Assembly (NCBI GenBank): GCA_965223005.1
Contig: CBDCVK010000010.1
Coordinates: forward strand, 384,001 to 448,000
Direction: 5' to 3'
From: Terriglobia bacterium
GTDB taxonomy: Bacteria > Acidobacteriota > Terriglobia > JAJPHL01 > JAPKYU01
DNA: 64,000 nt
This document shows positions 62,236 to 64,000 of this stretch, piece after piece; position 1 is the stretch's first letter, and each line of letters begins with the position of its first letter. The translations under genes and the position numbers were made by a program. Below the pieces are notes generated by a model that had not been told where the DNA came from, searched no databases, and worked only from the letters and a program-made list of their open reading frames with translations.

Positions 62236-62340
62236 GCGGCGGCGGCTCCCAGGCGCGCTCACATTCATGATACCAAAACCCGCGCTCGGCCTGCCGGGCG
62301 TACAGCAATTCCGGCCCACGGGGGTGGGCAAGAATTCTGC

Positions 62341-62369
62341 TTGCACTCTGAGGGCGGTCTCGATATACT
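62341..62369 (+). promoter_or_regulatory. Sigma70 promoter
   Basis: TTGCAC-17 nt-TATACT, 22 nt before ATG 62392. Confidence 0.7.
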
Positions 62370-62382
62370 TTGCGACACAAAG
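62367..62382. promoter_or_regulatory. Operator-like palindrome (A)CTTTG-N5-CAAAG overlapping the -10/+1 region
   Basis: actttgcgacacaaag. Confidence 0.6.
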
Positions 62383-62391
62383 CTTGCAGCC

Positions 62392-63021
62392 ATGCCACCG
62401 GAACTGAACGAGGCACTGGAGCAGATCAGCGCGATCCGCGGGCACCTGGTGACTGCGGAAACCTTCCGCGGCTACCGGGCCGTGCCTGCTGCGGCTACTG
62501 GCGTAGTGGCGCTGCTGGCGGCGCTGGCGCAGCCGACGTTGGCCGGCGACCTGGTGGTTCAGCCTGTGCGGTACGTCATGCTTTGGGTGGGGGCTGCGGT
62601 GCTGTGCGCGGCCGGCGTTGGCGCGCAAATGCTGCTTGGCTATCTGAACTGTGCCTCAGCCCATCGGCGCGCCACCACGCGAATCGTGGTGGGGCAACTG
62701 CTGCCCTCGCTGACGGCCGGCGCGCTGCTGACCTGGATCCTGACCTGGCGGCAACCCGATTCGGTAGCCTTGTTGCCGGGCCTGTGGGCGATGCTGGTCA
62801 GCCTGGGCGTATTTGCCTCGCGGCGTCACCTGCCGCGAACCATCGGCTGGGTGGGCCTGTACTACTTGGTGTGTGGGGCCGCGATCCTGCACTACTTGCC
62901 CGGACGGGAAGCACTGGCACCGTGGGTGATGGGGGCAACCTTCGGCGTCGGCCAGTTGGCAGCCGCGCTGGTGCTCTACTGGAATCTGGAGAGAAATGGC
63001 TCGGAAGAGGAAGCAGTCTGA
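62392..63021 (+). CDS. Hypothetical integral membrane protein (about 6 TM)
   Basis: Begins ELNEALEQISAIR; hydrophobic helices; PGLW and MG.TFG.GQ motifs; overlaps the regulator start. Confidence 0.8.
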   Translation: MPPELNEALEQISAIRGHLVTAETFRGYRAVPAAATGVVALLAALAQPTLAGDLVVQPVRYVMLWVGAAVLCAAGVGAQMLLGYLNCASAHRRATTRIVVGQLLPSLTAGALLTWILTWRQPDSVALLPGLWAMLVSLGVFASRRHLPRTIGWVGLYYLVCGAAILHYLPGREALAPWVMGATFGVGQLAAALVLYWNLERNGSEEEAV

Positions 63022-63424
63022 AACCCAACCGACCGGCGGACGCTTTGCCTACGAAGGCTTGGACCGGCTGCTGCACGAACGCGCGCGCCTGGGCATTCTG
63101 ACCACTCTGGCCACTCGCCCGGACGGCGTGCTGTTCTCTGACCTGAAGGAACTGTGCGCGCTCACCGACGGCAACCTCAGCCGCCACCTGCAGGTGCTGC
63201 ACGAGGCCGGCCTGGTCGAGGTCTGGAAGCGGTTTGAGAACCGGCGCCCGCAGACACTTTGCCGCCTCTCGCGGCAAGGGCGCGAGAGGTTCCTGGTTTA
63301 CTTGACGGTGTTGGAAGAGGTGGTGCAGGACGCGGCCGTGACTCGCAGGGCGCTGCTGAAGCATTCCCGCAAGCCCCGGAAGGGAGAGGCGTTGGCCGCC
63401 TCCAGCGGCTGGGTGCCGGCCTGA
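62996..63424 (+). CDS. Winged-HTH transcriptional regulator (MarR/ArsR-like)
   Basis: LDRLLHERARLGIL..L, FSDLK....LTDGNLSRHL..L.EAG.V, RPQT. Confidence 0.9.
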   Translation: MARKRKQSETQPTGGRFAYEGLDRLLHERARLGILTTLATRPDGVLFSDLKELCALTDGNLSRHLQVLHEAGLVEVWKRFENRRPQTLCRLSRQGRERFLVYLTVLEEVVQDAAVTRRALLKHSRKPRKGEALAASSGWVPA

Positions 63425-63445
63425 GCAGTTTTTTTGTGGCATTTA

Positions 63446-63479
63446 ACTTTGTACTACAGAGGTCTACATAACGCAAAGT
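63446..63479. promoter_or_regulatory. Degenerate copies of the CTTTG-N5-CAAAG operator upstream of ispH
   Basis: actttg-tacta-cagag and ctaca-taacg-caaagt in an AT-rich spacer. Confidence 0.5.
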
Positions 63480-63503
63480 ACATTCCCAACACGGAGGCTC
63501 TCA

Positions 63504-64000
63504 ATGCAAGTCATCCGCGCCGAGGCCATGGGACTCTGTTTCGGGGTTCGCGACGCGCTGGAATCCATCGCCGCAGTCCCCGACCCGCACCACGTCACCG
63601 TTTACGGTGAGCTGGTGCACAACGAGGAAGTGAACCGCCGGCTGGCGGAGCGCGGCTTTCGGCAGCTCACCGAGCACAGCCGGAAGCAGGCAGTGCCGGA
63701 AACGCCGGTAGTGCTGATCACCGCGCACGGCATCAGCAACGAGGAGCGCGCGCGGCTCGAGTCCACCGGCCGCCGCCTGCTGGACACCACCTGTCCCCTG
63801 GTGCGCCGGGCGCACCAGGCCGCGCTGCGACTGGATGCCGAAGGCTGCTTGGTGCTGGTGATCGGGCGCCGGGGGCATGTGGAAGTGCGGGGGCTGGTGG
63901 GGGACCTTCGTCGCTGCGAGGTGGTGGAATCGCCCGCCGAGGTCCGCAGCTACCCGGCCGAGCGGCTTGGGGTGATCTGCCAGACGACCACCCCTGATGC
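63504..64000 (+). CDS. ispH: 4-hydroxy-3-methylbut-2-enyl diphosphate reductase (5' part; runs off the right edge)
   Basis: Manual translation: MQVIRAEAMGLCFGVRDA...GELVHN...ITAHG...DTTCPLV...IGRRGHVEVRG...VICQTT; GGAGG RBS. Confidence 0.9.
   Translation, partial: MQVIRAEAMGLCFGVRDALESIAAVPDPHHVTVYGELVHNEEVNRRLAERGFRQLTEHSRKQAVPETPVVLITAHGISNEERARLESTGRRLLDTTCPLVRRAHQAALRLDAEGCLVLVIGRRGHVEVRGLVGDLRRCEVVESPAEVRSYPAERLGVICQTTTPD

Noticed and set aside
61873-62628. Extended N-termini for the radical SAM gene (to 62628) and the membrane protein (from 61873)
   Set aside because: They would overlap each other head to head; family-like sequence begins at 62235 and 62392, with a clear promoter between.
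63501-63878. Minus-strand 125-aa ORF
   Set aside because: Antisense shadow of the partial ispH on the plus strand.

Overview
GC-rich bacterial DNA, most likely from an uncultured Acidobacteriota genome (two Acidobacteria-style TonB-dependent receptors, many PQQ-like beta-propellers). Left to right: (1) 1-9.5 kb, minus-strand glycogen/trehalose operon malQ-glgB-treZ-GH57/DUF3536-treY (partial), headed by an apparent scar of deleted glgE and treS; (2) 9.7-31.3 kb, an uncharacterised envelope locus with five PQQ-like beta-propellers, an MFS permease, two TonB-dependent receptors, a CxxC-bearing GT4 glycosyltransferase and a LolD/FtsX-type ABC system; (3) 32-43 kb, a compatible-solute block (gpgS-gpgP, frameshifted histidine kinase plus NarL-type regulator, Kef-type antiporter, otsA, collapsed otsB, DUF5752, treT) with a shared upstream motif; (4) 43.7-59.5 kb, mostly housekeeping genes (glnA, ldh, leuS, nfo, MdlAB-like ABC pair, lone nuoI, Dabb, glpK, HNH, DUF169, PCD, YggX) interspersed with REP-like palindromes; (5) 59.5-62.2 kb, an ATP-grasp ligase paired with a radical SAM enzyme whose apparent UGA stop is most likely selenocysteine (C-U-A-E-P tail plus SECIS-like hairpin); (6) a membrane protein-wHTH regulator-ispH (partial) unit with candidate operators. 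No rRNA, tRNA, CRISPR array or transposase was seen. All calls come from reading motifs by eye; no searches were run.
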